From NCBI GenBank assembly GCA_016784145.1, contig JADHVF010000003.1:22048-86047 (forward strand): a stretch of 64,000 nt of DNA, in the 5' to 3' direction. The stretch's first letter is position 1. Each line of letters begins with the position of its first letter. Shown in pieces: positions 39,901 through 50,462 of this stretch. Position numbers and translations under genes: made by a program. Under the pieces are notes generated by a model. The model made no database searches. It was given only the letters and a program-made list of their open reading frames with translations, and was not told the origin of the DNA. This DNA is from Patescibacteria group bacterium. GTDB taxonomy: Bacteria; Patescibacteriota; Patescibacteriia; UBA2591; UBA6264.

Positions 39901-39966
39901 TAATTCAGGGAATCAATCCTCTTGTCAACTCTTGTCAGGGCCTAATACTAACATTCTATATCAGTG

Positions 39967-41244
39967 TCAATGTTCAGTGTTCAAGGATTGTTTTAAAAAT
40001 ATTACTAAAGCTATTAAGAACCAAAATAAAACTGCCAAATCATTCTTAAAATATGGCGTATCGACTAATCCATGAACAAGAACAACTAACATTGCTCCCA
40101 TAACACTTAATGCATATATTTCTTGTTTTTTTATGCATTGCCAAGCATTATGCCAAAACATTATTATTATAAATATAAATAGCAACCAACCGAGCAGGCC
40201 TATTTCTGACCACAAACTTAAAAATAAATTATGTGGATATGGATGTGTTTCAACTGAAATCAATTCGTTTGTGTCTGGATGATAATACCTTGCTTGAAAA
40301 TCAGGAATTAGTGTTTGATAACCACTTAGCCCTACCCCAATGACTGGGCTAGTTTTTAATAAACTAATTGCTCCTTGCCAGATATTAATTCTTAATTGTC
40401 CTGATAAATCATTAAAAAAAACTTTGGAAATAATATAATTATTAATTGGAGCGACAACTACAAATAATAAAACTCCAACAAGTAAAACGCTAACAACTAT
40501 TTTGCGAGATTGCCTGTGCATTAAGCCAATAAAAATAATTCCTGCCAGTGCTCCAATAATCGCTCCTTCTGATCGAGCAAAAATTAATGCTAAAAATGAA
40601 AATATTAAAAATATTACACCAAACAAAGAGTACAATCTTTTTAATTGAAAAAAATTAAAAACTATTAATCCAAAACTCAAAGCAATGATAGGTCCGAGCC
40701 AAAGTCCTAAAAAATTAGGATGAGGGAAAGGTCCGGTTACTCTTAATACCTGCGATGCCCCCCAAGCCTCTGTGCTTAAAACGCCTGTGCCAGTGATTTT
40801 CTGAAACAAAGCATAAATTGAAATATAAAATCCTGAGAAAACTAAAGAAAGTAAAGCAAAATTAAAATCTTGCTTATTTTTTATCAAAGCCAGAAATATT
40901 ATGACTAATAAAATTGGCTCTAAAAAATAGGCCTTCCAGATACCGGCCCCAGCCCGTAAATCAGGAGCTACAAAAATTGAGATTAATGATATTAACAACC
41001 AAGCCAACATTAAATAGGCCCATTTATCCAGTATAAAATAAACTTTTTTTACTTGGATTATTTTTTTTATTAAACAAACTATAAATAAAATCAAAATCAT
41101 TACCTCTAAAAAAGTCATTGGGATGGCTAAAAGCTCAAACCTAATTTGATAACTTGGAATAAAAACTAATAAACAAAACAAAGCATATTTTGGCTTAACC
41201 CAGGCAAAGATACTGTAAATTGTTGATATTAAAATATAAATCAT
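39967..41244 (-). CDS. O-antigen ligase/polymerase-like polytopic membrane protein (WaaL/Wzy family)
   Basis: 425 aa, about 12 TM helices with a large loop near the C-terminal third. Family call is tentative. Confidence 0.35.
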   Translation of the reverse strand: MIYILISTIYSIFAWVKPKYALFCLLVFIPSYQIRFELLAIPMTFLEVMILILFIVCLIKKIIQVKKVYFILDKWAYLMLAWLLISLISIFVAPDLRAGAGIWKAYFLEPILLVIIFLALIKNKQDFNFALLSLVFSGFYISIYALFQKITGTGVLSTEAWGASQVLRVTGPFPHPNFLGLWLGPIIALSFGLIVFNFFQLKRLYSLFGVIFLIFSFLALIFARSEGAIIGALAGIIFIGLMHRQSRKIVVSVLLVGVLLFVVVAPINNYIISKVFFNDLSGQLRINIWQGAISLLKTSPVIGVGLSGYQTLIPDFQARYYHPDTNELISVETHPYPHNLFLSLWSEIGLLGWLLFIFIIIMFWHNAWQCIKKQEIYALSVMGAMLVVLVHGLVDTPYFKNDLAVLFWFLIALVIFLKQSLNTEH

Positions 41245-41249
41245 AAAAA

Positions 41250-42674
41250 TTAATTTCTAAAATCAAGCATATTTTTAAAACTATCCCTTGAAAATGTATT
41301 TATGGAATACAAAACTAGGCCATAAACTATTAGAGAACTAATTAACAATAAAATCCAATTAATATTAGTCAAAATTATTAACCATGCTATCATTACTAAA
41401 CTAGCCAGAGTTGTTTTCCAAAAAACTTGTAACAAAGGAAGAAATTTCGTCGTCTTATATATAATAAGGAAAGCAAAAAAAGTAACCAAGAACTCTACCA
41501 AAACAGTTATGTAAGCAGCTCCAATATATGAATATTTCGGAATAAAAAGAAAATATCCAAACAAAGCTATTAAGGCTGATGCTCCATAAAATAATAACAT
41601 TTTTCTCTGCTGTTCGATTGCAATTATTGTATAAGTGACTAAACTGCTAAAGAATATTAACCCAATCGCAAAAATTAATATTTTTAACGGTTGAGCAGCT
41701 ATGGCAAATTCTTGCCCAGCCACAAAAATCATTATTTGTCTAGCAAAAAAATAAACAGAAATTACTAGAGGAAAAACAATTATAACGAAAAAATCAAAAG
41801 ATTTTTGAAAAATTTGATTAAATTTTTGTACATTTTGCTTTGCCCAAGCCCTGGTTAAAGGAGATAGAACCAATCCCATAAAAATAGGAGGAAACATAAT
41901 TAAGGCCTCCAATATTCTATAAGATGCTCCATAAATACCTACTTGGTCTGGACTCTTAAACAAAGAAAGGATAATTGTATCGCCTTTAAAATAAATTGTT
42001 GTAAAAATAATTGAAAGACCGACTGGCCAAGCTTTCTTCAATATATTTTTCCATAAATTAAAATCTATTTTTAATGTTATTGAAATTGTTTTTTTTAATG
42101 ACAAATAAAGAAAAATAAAATTTATAATTCCAGCCATAATTATTGCAAATAAAACTAAAAATATTCCATAATCCAGCCAAACCACCAATCCAATCAAGCA
42201 AACCAAGATAATTCTAGACAAAACCTCTGCACGGGCAACAATCTTCATGTTCATGTTTTTTTGAAAAAACCCTGTAATTAATTGGATTAATGAACCCGTT
42301 AAAAACGAAAGAGAAGTAATAGCAATACCTATTTTTACAATTTTAGAATACTGAGGAATGAAAAAAGCAACCAAAACTCCAATGAAAAGTACAATCGAAC
42401 TTAAAATAATTCTAAGAGTAAAAAAATTACTAATTAATATTTTTTTATTAATGTCTGGCAAAGATAACATTTGAATAAAAATCAAATAAAGACCAAAATC
42501 TGCAAGAATAGCCAAGGCCTGAAGATAAGCTATTATAATAGTAAATTGACCGAATCCAAATTGACCCAGATGTCTTGCTATAAATCCAAAAACAAGTAAA
42601 CTTAAAAAAAGTCCAATTAACTTTCCTAAAAAATGAATAACTGTATTTTTGGCAATTCTTTTAGATAGATTCAT
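41250..42674 (-). CDS. polysaccharide/lipid-linked oligosaccharide flippase (MOP superfamily, Wzx/MurJ-like)
   Basis: 474 aa, 12-14 TM helices, N-terminal KRIAKNTVIHFLGKLIGL typical of Wzx. Confidence 0.5.
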   Translation of the reverse strand: MNLSKRIAKNTVIHFLGKLIGLFLSLLVFGFIARHLGQFGFGQFTIIIAYLQALAILADFGLYLIFIQMLSLPDINKKILISNFFTLRIILSSIVLFIGVLVAFFIPQYSKIVKIGIAITSLSFLTGSLIQLITGFFQKNMNMKIVARAEVLSRIILVCLIGLVVWLDYGIFLVLFAIIMAGIINFIFLYLSLKKTISITLKIDFNLWKNILKKAWPVGLSIIFTTIYFKGDTIILSLFKSPDQVGIYGASYRILEALIMFPPIFMGLVLSPLTRAWAKQNVQKFNQIFQKSFDFFVIIVFPLVISVYFFARQIMIFVAGQEFAIAAQPLKILIFAIGLIFFSSLVTYTIIAIEQQRKMLLFYGASALIALFGYFLFIPKYSYIGAAYITVLVEFLVTFFAFLIIYKTTKFLPLLQVFWKTTLASLVMIAWLIILTNINWILLLISSLIVYGLVLYSINTFSRDSFKNMLDFRN

Positions 42675-42749
42675 AATTTTATCATAATCAAGAAATTTCT
42701 TTTAATCAAGTATATTGACGTTAAAAAAAATATATATAAACTAATAAAC

Positions 42750-44288
42750 ATGAATATTAAATATTTATTTTTAATAATATTTATAATAATAATTGCTTTT
42801 CCAAACCAAGTATTAGCCATTACTGGATATTCAGCCCTGCGAACAGGTCAAAATCCTGCGAGTATTCCTGAGCTATATCCCAACCAAATAATTGATTTTT
42901 GGGTTAAATTTAAAAATACTGGAGAGCAAATATGGGAAGGAAGAGGGACAAAAACAGTATCCCTAAGAACAATATCAGGACAAAAAAGTAAATTTTTATA
43001 TACAAATTGGTATAATTCATATACTCCCAATAAATTAAACCCTGTCTTAATTATTGGCTCCAACGAAGAATCTATTTTTCGATTTACTCTATCCGCTCCA
43101 AATAACCTCGGCATGCATTGGGAAAAATTTAATCTTTTTGCAGGCACAAATTTAATTTCTGGCGGAGAAATTGAAATAGGAATTAAAGTTGTTTCACGCG
43201 AACAAGAAGTCACAGCAATAACAGACCCAATTATAATAGAAGAAGAAGTAATTGAGATAGATCCTATAACAAAAGCTGACCCGATTATACCAACCCAAAC
43301 ATACTATTGGCAAGTAATCCCAAGCAATATAAATATTTTGAATAATCATATTTGGCCAACCAATGCCAATGGACCTGAAATTGAAATTGGTCTACTTTTT
43401 GTAGAAAAACAAGAAAAACCTGATTATTTACCATTTAAAATATCATCTTTAAATAATACTAGTTATGATATTTATGACCAAGACAATAAGCTACTAGTTC
43501 GCAATACATCCGGAGAATTGATTGAAGTTGATTATGATTATTCTCTAAATCGTTATTTTTTAAATTCAAGTGATGGTCAAAGAATTTTGATGACTGATTC
43601 TAAAATAAAACTTGCCAGTCCAAATGAAGAAGAAATTATATTCAAAATAGATAGTTGGCAAAGAGGACAATTCTGGGATGGAGGCATAAACGACAATGAA
43701 TTTAGAGATAAAATAGAAATAAAATATAATCCAAACACTGAACGATTATGGTTAGTAAATGAATTACCAATAGAGAAGTATCTTAGAGGATTAGCCGAGG
43801 TAACCGACAACACTCAGTCAGAATTTTTAAAAACCCAAGCCATTGCAGCTAGAACTTATGCTGCTTTTCGATTATTGACTCCGAAATACACAAATACTCC
43901 TGATGGGAATCCGTTTTTTACAGTCCGGGCCACTCAGGCTGATCAAGTCTACAGAGGATATAACAAAGAAAAAAGAGCCCCCAATATGTTAAATGCAATC
44001 AATCTAACCAAAGGAATATTGGCTGTTTATGAAAATGATCCAATTTTAGCTTATTATTTTGCTCAAAGCAATGGTCAAACAATCGCTTCTCATCAAGCCA
44101 GAATGACTAATTCTCCTGTAAATTACTTGCAATCAAAAATAGACCCTCCGGGACAAGGAAAACAATTAATTGGTCACGGCGTTGGACTGCCTCAAAACAG
44201 CGGCATCACAGCAGCTAGTCAAGGTGCAAATTATTCTCAGATATTAAAATATTATTATTCTGGAATTGATCTAAATAGAGCATATTAG
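42750..44288 (+). CDS. secreted SpoIID/LytB-domain protein
   Basis: Signal peptide. C-terminal FLKTQAIAARTYA...NPFFTVRATQADQVYRGY SpoIID/LytB motifs. Confidence 0.6.
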   Translation: MNIKYLFLIIFIIIIAFPNQVLAITGYSALRTGQNPASIPELYPNQIIDFWVKFKNTGEQIWEGRGTKTVSLRTISGQKSKFLYTNWYNSYTPNKLNPVLIIGSNEESIFRFTLSAPNNLGMHWEKFNLFAGTNLISGGEIEIGIKVVSREQEVTAITDPIIIEEEVIEIDPITKADPIIPTQTYYWQVIPSNINILNNHIWPTNANGPEIEIGLLFVEKQEKPDYLPFKISSLNNTSYDIYDQDNKLLVRNTSGELIEVDYDYSLNRYFLNSSDGQRILMTDSKIKLASPNEEEIIFKIDSWQRGQFWDGGINDNEFRDKIEIKYNPNTERLWLVNELPIEKYLRGLAEVTDNTQSEFLKTQAIAARTYAAFRLLTPKYTNTPDGNPFFTVRATQADQVYRGYNKEKRAPNMLNAINLTKGILAVYENDPILAYYFAQSNGQTIASHQARMTNSPVNYLQSKIDPPGQGKQLIGHGVGLPQNSGITAASQGANYSQILKYYYSGIDLNRAY

Positions 44289-44317
44289 TTTTTGTAAAAA
44301 TTTATAAAAAAAGAAAA

Positions 44318-44346
44318 ACAGGGCATTTTTTTTGCCCTGTTTTTTT
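44318..44346. terminator. bidirectional intrinsic terminator
   Basis: ACAGGGCA-ttttttt-TGCCCTGT flanked by A-run and T-run. Confidence 0.6.
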
Positions 44347-44353
44347 AATAATT

Positions 44354-44794
44354 TTAAATCCTCCTTACTAGTCTTTGTTCTTCCTTGCAAGAAACACAAT
44401 GAGTTGTGTGTGGAACATGCTCAAGCCTTTCTATTGGAATTGGTTCACCACAATCAATACAATAGCCATATTTTTCCAAAAATTGCACTAATCTTTCTCT
44501 TGACTGAATTAAATTCTCAAGAAAATCTTCCTGCCTATATATATTATTATACTCCATTTCTGTGTTTTTTGAAATACTAGCAGTTGTACCATCTTCTATT
44601 CCTTCAAACCCATTATTTGATTTATTCAAGGCTAAAACTCTTTTAAGTGCTCCTTTCTTTGCTTTATTCGCTTTATGAATATGTTGATCAATTGCGCTTG
44701 CAATTTTCCACACTCTTTCATTGTTACATTTTTTTAACTTAATCTGCTGTATCATAGTAAAATACATAAGATCTTTAAATGTTTGTTCTGCCAT
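44354..44794 (-). CDS. DksA/TraR-family C4 zinc-finger protein
   Basis: C-terminal CIDCGEPIPIERLEHVPHTTHCVSC. Confidence 0.55.
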   Translation of the reverse strand: MAEQTFKDLMYFTMIQQIKLKKCNNERVWKIASAIDQHIHKANKAKKGALKRVLALNKSNNGFEGIEDGTTASISKNTEMEYNNIYRQEDFLENLIQSRERLVQFLEKYGYCIDCGEPIPIERLEHVPHTTHCVSCKEEQRLVRRI

Positions 44795-44885
44795 TTACTA
44801 CTCCTTTTTTTTATTTTTTTAATGAACCCATTGATATAACTAGGTAATAGATATTATATAATAATTACCTAAAAAAGTCAATATA

Positions 44886-44913
44886 AAAACTGCTCTTTTT
44901 ATGGAGCAGTTTT
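44886..44913 (-). terminator. intrinsic terminator after small membrane protein gene
   Basis: AAAACTGCTC-n8-GAGCAGTTTT, T-run on minus strand. Confidence 0.5.
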
Positions 44914-44924
44914 TGATTGAAAAT

Positions 44925-45107
44925 TCAGCTATTACATGATTTAAAGTAAGCATACATTAGTATTCCACACGGAATAAACAAGATACTAATAGAAATAATC
45001 GTAACCAAGATTCCAATAAATATAACAATCGGAAGTAAAGCGCAAAAAAATAAATAACCGATTGATTCAATGCCTCTTTGTAGCTGAAAACGTGTATTTG
45101 AATTCAT
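44925..45107 (-). CDS. small two-helix membrane protein. Start moved to the ATG with the AAGGAGG SD.
   Basis: ORF track start is 45140. AAAAAGGAGGAAACATG places the likely start at 45107 (MNSNTRFQ...). Confidence 0.4.
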   Translation of the reverse strand: MNSNTRFQLQRGIESIGYLFFCALLPIVIFIGILVTIISISILFIPCGILMYAYFKSCNS

Positions 45108-45165
45108 GTTTCCTCCTTTTTTTAATGATAATGACAGCATAACAAATTTAAGGGATTTGTCAATA

Positions 45166-46323
45166 TTAGATATATTTAATAGTTGTATTTTTTAAAGCTA
45201 ATTTTATCAATTTTTTGATTTTTAATTTTTTAATTGCTTGGTCAACTTCTTTAATATTAGATTTTGTAGCTGGATGTTTTGGTAAAAACCTAGAACAACA
45301 ATCCTGGTCAGGCAAAATTGATATTTCATAAGTATTAATTTGTTTTGCTAAGTTAATTATAGCTTGTTTATTTTTTCCAACCAAAGGCCTAAAAATAAGC
45401 AAATCAATTGCATTGTTTATTACAGCCATGTTAGCAATTGTTTGCGAAGCAACTTGTCCTAAATTTTCTCCTGTTACCAGGGCTATAATTTTCTCTTTGG
45501 TTGCCACTTGCTCTGCTATTCTTAACATAAATATTCTATACAAAACAACTCTTAATTTGCCAGGGCATTTTAAAAAAATTTCTTGTTGAACATCTGCAAA
45601 AGGAACTAAATAAAGTTTTGCCTTGTTCTTTGCTTTAGATAATACTTGAATTACTTTAATTACCTTGTCTACTGACTCCTTGTTCGTATATGGATAAGCA
45701 TGAAAATGAATGAAAATCAACTCTACTCCTCTTTTAGCCATTAAATAAGAGGCCACTGGCGAATCAATGCCACCAGAAATCAACGATAATGCCCTGCCAC
45801 TGACACCAACTGGCAATCCCCCATAACAAATTATTTTTTCAAAATAAATAAAAGCATATTTTTCAACTATTTCAATAAAACATGTTAAGTCAGGGTTTGT
45901 TAAATTGATTTTCTTTTTGTTCATTTTTTTAAGAAGAAAAACAGCTATATTTTTATTTATATCCGGAGAAAGCATTGGAAAATCTTTTTTTGACCTCTGT
46001 GTTAACACTCTAAATGTTTTAAATTTCTTTTTTTCAATTAATTCAAAAATAATTGTTTGAATTGATTCAATATCTTGTTTAGCGCTATAAGCAAAGGCAA
46101 AATAAGCAAGTCCAAAAACATCTTTTAACTTAGTTGTTATTTCAACTATATTTTTTTCTCCTTTAGACGATAATTTAACAATAATTCTCCCCGAGATCCT
46201 TTTAATAAAAACAAAGAAAGCATTATCAATGTTTGTTTGAATATTGGTTACTAATTTTTCTTCAAAAAATCTCCGATTTTTCCCTTTTATTCCAATTTCA
46301 TCATAATGACAAATAATATACAT
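45166..46323 (-). CDS. thiI: tRNA 4-thiouridine synthase ThiI
   Basis: THUMP N-domain, PP-loop LISGGIDSPVASY. Confidence 0.8.
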   Translation of the reverse strand: MYIICHYDEIGIKGKNRRFFEEKLVTNIQTNIDNAFFVFIKRISGRIIVKLSSKGEKNIVEITTKLKDVFGLAYFAFAYSAKQDIESIQTIIFELIEKKKFKTFRVLTQRSKKDFPMLSPDINKNIAVFLLKKMNKKKINLTNPDLTCFIEIVEKYAFIYFEKIICYGGLPVGVSGRALSLISGGIDSPVASYLMAKRGVELIFIHFHAYPYTNKESVDKVIKVIQVLSKAKNKAKLYLVPFADVQQEIFLKCPGKLRVVLYRIFMLRIAEQVATKEKIIALVTGENLGQVASQTIANMAVINNAIDLLIFRPLVGKNKQAIINLAKQINTYEISILPDQDCCSRFLPKHPATKSNIKEVDQAIKKLKIKKLIKLALKNTTIKYI

Positions 46324-46411
46324 AATATGTATTATAACAATAATTTATAATATGTGATACATTAAAACAGGATTTACAAATTTTTCTTTTTGCTTTATAC
46401 TTATAAAATAT

Positions 46412-46485
46412 CGGGACGTGGCCTAGAGGCTTAAGGCGCCTGCTTTGGGAGCAGGAGATCGGGAGTTCGAATCTCCCCGTCCCGA
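46412..46485 (+). tRNA. tRNA-Pro (TGG)
   Basis: Acceptor CGGGACG/CGTCCCG, anticodon loop TTTGGGA, T-arm GGGAG-TTCGAAT-CTCCC. Confidence 0.8.
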
Positions 46486-46524
46486 CTTTTTATCATTAAT
46501 TCTATTAAATTAAAAAGTTGTATT

Positions 46525-47442
46525 ATGTTGGATTTAGTTATTATTGGTGCTTCAGCAGCAGGTGCTTCAGCAGGAATTTATGCTGCTCGCCAAAATTTAA
46601 ATTTTAAAATTATTACAATTGAAACCGGAGGAGAGGTGGCTATTTCTGGACAAATAAAAAATCTCCCTGGCTGGGGAGAAACAAATGGAGCTGATGTTTC
46701 TAGAAAATTCCAAGAACATCTTGGTTTTTATGGTATAAAACCAATCACAGGCATTAAAATAAAAAATATAAAAATTTTAGATGATAAATCATTAGAAATT
46801 CTAGCTGAAAAAGATGAAAAAAAAATTAAATATCACTCTAAAACCATAATCATTGCTACTGGTGTTCGCCCTAGAGAATTAAATATTCCAGGAGAAAAAG
46901 AATTCAGAAACAAAGGACTTAGTTATTGTACTGTTTGTGATGGACCTTTGTTTAACAACAAAACAGTAGCTATTATTGGCGGAGGCATGTCAGCCATGGA
47001 ATCAGTGTTAATGATGGATAAAATTGCATCTAAAATTTATTTAATCAATAAAAATCCTCAATTCAAAGGAGAAATAAGAACAATTGAAAAAATAAAAGCA
47101 GCGCAAAAAGTAAAAATTATTTACAATGCCCTGACTAGCAAAATTATTGGAACCAATTTTGTAAAAGGACTAGAATATAAAGATGGAAATAATCAAATTA
47201 AAGAATTGAAGATTGAGGGGATTTTTGTACATATTGGTATGACAACCAACTCTGATTTTATCCCAGCAGAACTAGATACAAATAAATTTAATGAGATTAA
47301 AATAAATAAAACTTGTGAAACCAATATTCCTGGCATTTTTGCTGCTGGAGACATTACTGACATTCCTCACAAACAGATAGTTATTGCTTCTGGACAAGGA
47401 GCATGTGCCGCTTTATCAGTAATCAAATATTTAAACAAATAA
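46525..47442 (+). CDS. trxB: thioredoxin reductase-like FAD/NAD(P) disulfide oxidoreductase
   Basis: GxGxxG FAD motif VIIGASAAGASAG, redox-active CTVCDG, second Rossmann IIGGGMSAME. Confidence 0.7.
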   Translation: MLDLVIIGASAAGASAGIYAARQNLNFKIITIETGGEVAISGQIKNLPGWGETNGADVSRKFQEHLGFYGIKPITGIKIKNIKILDDKSLEILAEKDEKKIKYHSKTIIIATGVRPRELNIPGEKEFRNKGLSYCTVCDGPLFNNKTVAIIGGGMSAMESVLMMDKIASKIYLINKNPQFKGEIRTIEKIKAAQKVKIIYNALTSKIIGTNFVKGLEYKDGNNQIKELKIEGIFVHIGMTTNSDFIPAELDTNKFNEIKINKTCETNIPGIFAAGDITDIPHKQIVIASGQGACAALSVIKYLNK

Positions 47443-47498
47443 AAATAATTAATAAATGATTATTAATTATTGATTAGTGATTAGCAATTATTGATTAA
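47443..47498. repeat. TGATTAn heptad tract between trxB stop and its terminator
   Basis: aataattaataaatgattattaattattgattagtgattagcaattattgatta. Confidence 0.7.
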
Positions 47499-47507
47499 AG
47501 GCCAGCC

Positions 47508-47540
47508 TACTGAGAAGCTTATGCTCTCAGTATTTTTTTT
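47508..47540 (+). terminator. intrinsic terminator of trxB, overlapping the 3' end of convergent tkt
   Basis: TACTGAGA-n9-TCTCAGTA + TTTTTTTT. Confidence 0.55.
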
Positions 47541-49357
47541 GTTTTAGAAATAATTGCATCAGAAGAAATTTCTTCAAAATTAAGTAATGTTTGTGTTGCT
47601 CCGCTTCTAGGAATTTTATTAACTGCTAATGAATAAATATTATAATCGCAATCACTTAAAATACTTTTAATTGCTTCTCCAATGCCTCCATCAGGATAAT
47701 GGTCTTCAACAGTGATTATTGATTTAATGTTTCCAATTGATTTTACTAATAAATCTTTGTTTATCGGTTTTATGCTATAAAGGTCAATAACTTTTACAAA
47801 TATATTCTGTTCTTTTAATTCTTTATATGCCTTAATTGCTTGATGAAGAGTAATGCCAGATCCAATGATAACCACTTTGTCATTGTTTGATTGTCGAACA
47901 ATTTTATTATCTCCAATTAAAAAATCTTCGTTGGATTCGTAAATAACAGGAGTATTATTCCTCGTTGTTCTAATATAAACCAGCCCTTTGTGTTCAGCAG
48001 CCTTAAGAATTAATTTTTCCATTGACATGGCATCGCTTGGATAAAGAACAACACTCTTTAATATGCTGCGAAACATTGATATGTCCTCTAATCCCATTTG
48101 AGACGGCCCATCTTGTCCGATTGAAACACCAGCATGAGAACCAATAAATTTTACATTATTATTAGAATATTGTGACATCCTAATCTGATCAAATCCTCTT
48201 GTTAAAAAAGCTGAGAAACTAGATACAAACGGAATCTTGTTTCTTAATGACAACCCTAATGCCGTTCCGACCATATTTTGTTCGGCAATAAACATTTCGA
48301 AAAAATTATTTGGGAATTTATCTTTAAAATCTTTAGAAAAAGTTGAATTACTAACATCTCCATCCAAAACAACTATATTAGGAAACTTGTGAATAATTGA
48401 AATTAAAGCATTTCCATAAACTTTTCTAGTGGCAACCTCTTCTCCTTGCTTATATTTTGGGATTTTAATTAAATCTATTGATTTGTTGTTTGGTTGTAAA
48501 TTATCGGGCTTTAAAAATTTAACTCTAATTTTTTTATCAATATCACCAAGCTCTTTAATTGCTTTAATTGCTTCATTATTATCTAATACTTTGCCATGAT
48601 ATCCATTTTTGTCTTCTAAAAAACTAACTCCCTTGCCTTTTATTGTTTTGGCAATAATCATTATCGGCGCTTTAGTTGATTTTAAGGCCTTGTTATAGGC
48701 TCTATTAATTTGTGGCAAAGAGTGTCCATTTTTTATAACAACAACCTGCCAGCCAAAAGATTTTAATTTGTTTTTGTAGGACTTTATGTCGTGCCCATAC
48801 ATTGTTTCGCCACATTGACCCAGGCGATTAACATCCAAAATACCTATTAAATTATTTAACTTATAGTGGGCTGCTAATTGAATTGCTTCCCACTGAGACC
48901 CTTCAGCCATTTCTCCATCTCCTATTAAAACAAATGTTTTGTATGGCAATTTGTCTAAATATTTGGCATTTATAGCCATGCCAACGCCTATTGATAATCC
49001 TTGTCCAAGAGACCCTGTAGCTGCTTCGGCGTATTTAAACCTTGAAGTAGGGTGACCTTCAAGATTGCTCTTAAACCTCCTTAAACACATCAAATCTGCT
49101 TCTTTTATCGCTCCTACTATAGCCCATAAAGAATAAAACAAAGGACTAGCATGCCCTTTTGAAAAAATAATCCTATCATTATTTGGGTTGGCAATGTTAT
49201 TCAAATCAAACTTAAATTTTTTGTTAAAAAACAAGCCAACCATTAATTCAACTGCTGAAAAAGATGAAGTTGGATGACCAGATTCTGCTTTAGTAGTTGA
49301 TTTTATAATCCAATATCTGATTAATTTTGATATTTCTTTTAATTTGTTCAAATCCAT
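47519..49357 (-). CDS. tkt: transketolase (single-chain)
   Basis: N-terminal SGHPTSSFSAVELMVGLF, TPP-binding GDGEMAEG, 612 aa. Confidence 0.85.
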   Translation of the reverse strand: MDLNKLKEISKLIRYWIIKSTTKAESGHPTSSFSAVELMVGLFFNKKFKFDLNNIANPNNDRIIFSKGHASPLFYSLWAIVGAIKEADLMCLRRFKSNLEGHPTSRFKYAEAATGSLGQGLSIGVGMAINAKYLDKLPYKTFVLIGDGEMAEGSQWEAIQLAAHYKLNNLIGILDVNRLGQCGETMYGHDIKSYKNKLKSFGWQVVVIKNGHSLPQINRAYNKALKSTKAPIMIIAKTIKGKGVSFLEDKNGYHGKVLDNNEAIKAIKELGDIDKKIRVKFLKPDNLQPNNKSIDLIKIPKYKQGEEVATRKVYGNALISIIHKFPNIVVLDGDVSNSTFSKDFKDKFPNNFFEMFIAEQNMVGTALGLSLRNKIPFVSSFSAFLTRGFDQIRMSQYSNNNVKFIGSHAGVSIGQDGPSQMGLEDISMFRSILKSVVLYPSDAMSMEKLILKAAEHKGLVYIRTTRNNTPVIYESNEDFLIGDNKIVRQSNNDKVVIIGSGITLHQAIKAYKELKEQNIFVKVIDLYSIKPINKDLLVKSIGNIKSIITVEDHYPDGGIGEAIKSILSDCDYNIYSLAVNKIPRSGATQTLLNFEEISSDAIISKTKKILRA

Positions 49358-49987
49358 TTATTTATTCTTTAAAAGGTTAAGTTGACTAGATATATTCTTG
49401 GAATTAAATACCCCCGAACCAATAACTAAATAATCTGCTCCTGCTTTTTTTATTTCAGAAATATTAGTTAAGTTTATGCCACCATCAACCCCTATTTTTA
49501 TGTTTGAATTAAATTTTCTCAATTTTTTTATTTTAGCAAGAACAGGTAGCTGGAACTCTTGCCCTCCAAATCCTGGCTTAACTCCTAAAAACAAAACCGC
49601 ATCAACTTGATTCAAAAAAGGTTTTATCTTGGCTACTTCAGTATTAGGATTAATTGCAATTCCTTTTTTAAAATCATATTTATTCATTCTCTCTAAAACA
49701 AACGAAACATCATTAACAGCTTCATAGTGGAAAATAACTCTTTTAGCCTTTATTTGTTTGCAAGCTTCTAAATATTTTTCCGGATTCAATGTCATTAAAT
49801 GAACTTCTATATTAAAGTTTAACTTAATATTTATTAAATCATTAAGATTAACTGAACTATTGTCAACAAATTTTTTGTCCATAATATCTATTTGAATCCA
49901 GTCAACAATATTTTCGATTTTGACTATCTTGTTTTTAAAATCTGTTAAATTATTTGTTAAAATTGCTAAAGTAATTTTTTGCTTCAT
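49358..49987 (-). CDS. rpe: ribulose-phosphate 3-epimerase
   Basis: IDIMDKKFVDN, TIM-barrel length 209 aa, GVDGGIN C-terminal motif. Confidence 0.8.
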   Translation of the reverse strand: MKQKITLAILTNNLTDFKNKIVKIENIVDWIQIDIMDKKFVDNSSVNLNDLINIKLNFNIEVHLMTLNPEKYLEACKQIKAKRVIFHYEAVNDVSFVLERMNKYDFKKGIAINPNTEVAKIKPFLNQVDAVLFLGVKPGFGGQEFQLPVLAKIKKLRKFNSNIKIGVDGGINLTNISEIKKAGADYLVIGSGVFNSKNISSQLNLLKNK

Positions 49988-49992
49988 TTTTA

Positions 49993-50433
49993 TTATTCAA
50001 TTTCCTTAATTTTGTTAAGACGACGTTGATGCCGAGAAGCATGACTAAACTCTGTATTAAGCCAAGCTTTAATAATTTTTTTTGCCTTATAAAAACTAAT
50101 ATGGTTATGTCCTAGACATAAAATATTTGTATTATTGTGTTGTCTGGCTCTGCTAGCCATTTTTTTATTAAAAACATTAGCAGCCATAATTCCTTTAACC
50201 TTATTAGCTGTGATACAAACGCCTATGCCTGTATCACAAATTATTATTCCTCTGCTATCTTTATTATTTTTGACCATCCTAGCAACCTTGATGGCAAAAT
50301 CTGGATAATCATCTTGTTTATCAATATCAAAACTACCTAAATCTTCATATTTAACATTTAATTTAACTAAATATTGTTTAATTTTTTCTTTTAAATTAAA
50401 TCCAGCATGGTCAGCCCCAATAAAAATTTTCAT
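49993..50433 (-). CDS. rpiB: ribose-5-phosphate isomerase B
   Basis: MKIFIGADHAGFNLKEKI start, 146 aa. Confidence 0.8.
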   Translation of the reverse strand: MKIFIGADHAGFNLKEKIKQYLVKLNVKYEDLGSFDIDKQDDYPDFAIKVARMVKNNKDSRGIIICDTGIGVCITANKVKGIMAANVFNKKMASRARQHNNTNILCLGHNHISFYKAKKIIKAWLNTEFSHASRHQRRLNKIKEIE

Positions 50434-50462
50434 ATTATTATTATATCAAAAAATATTAAATT

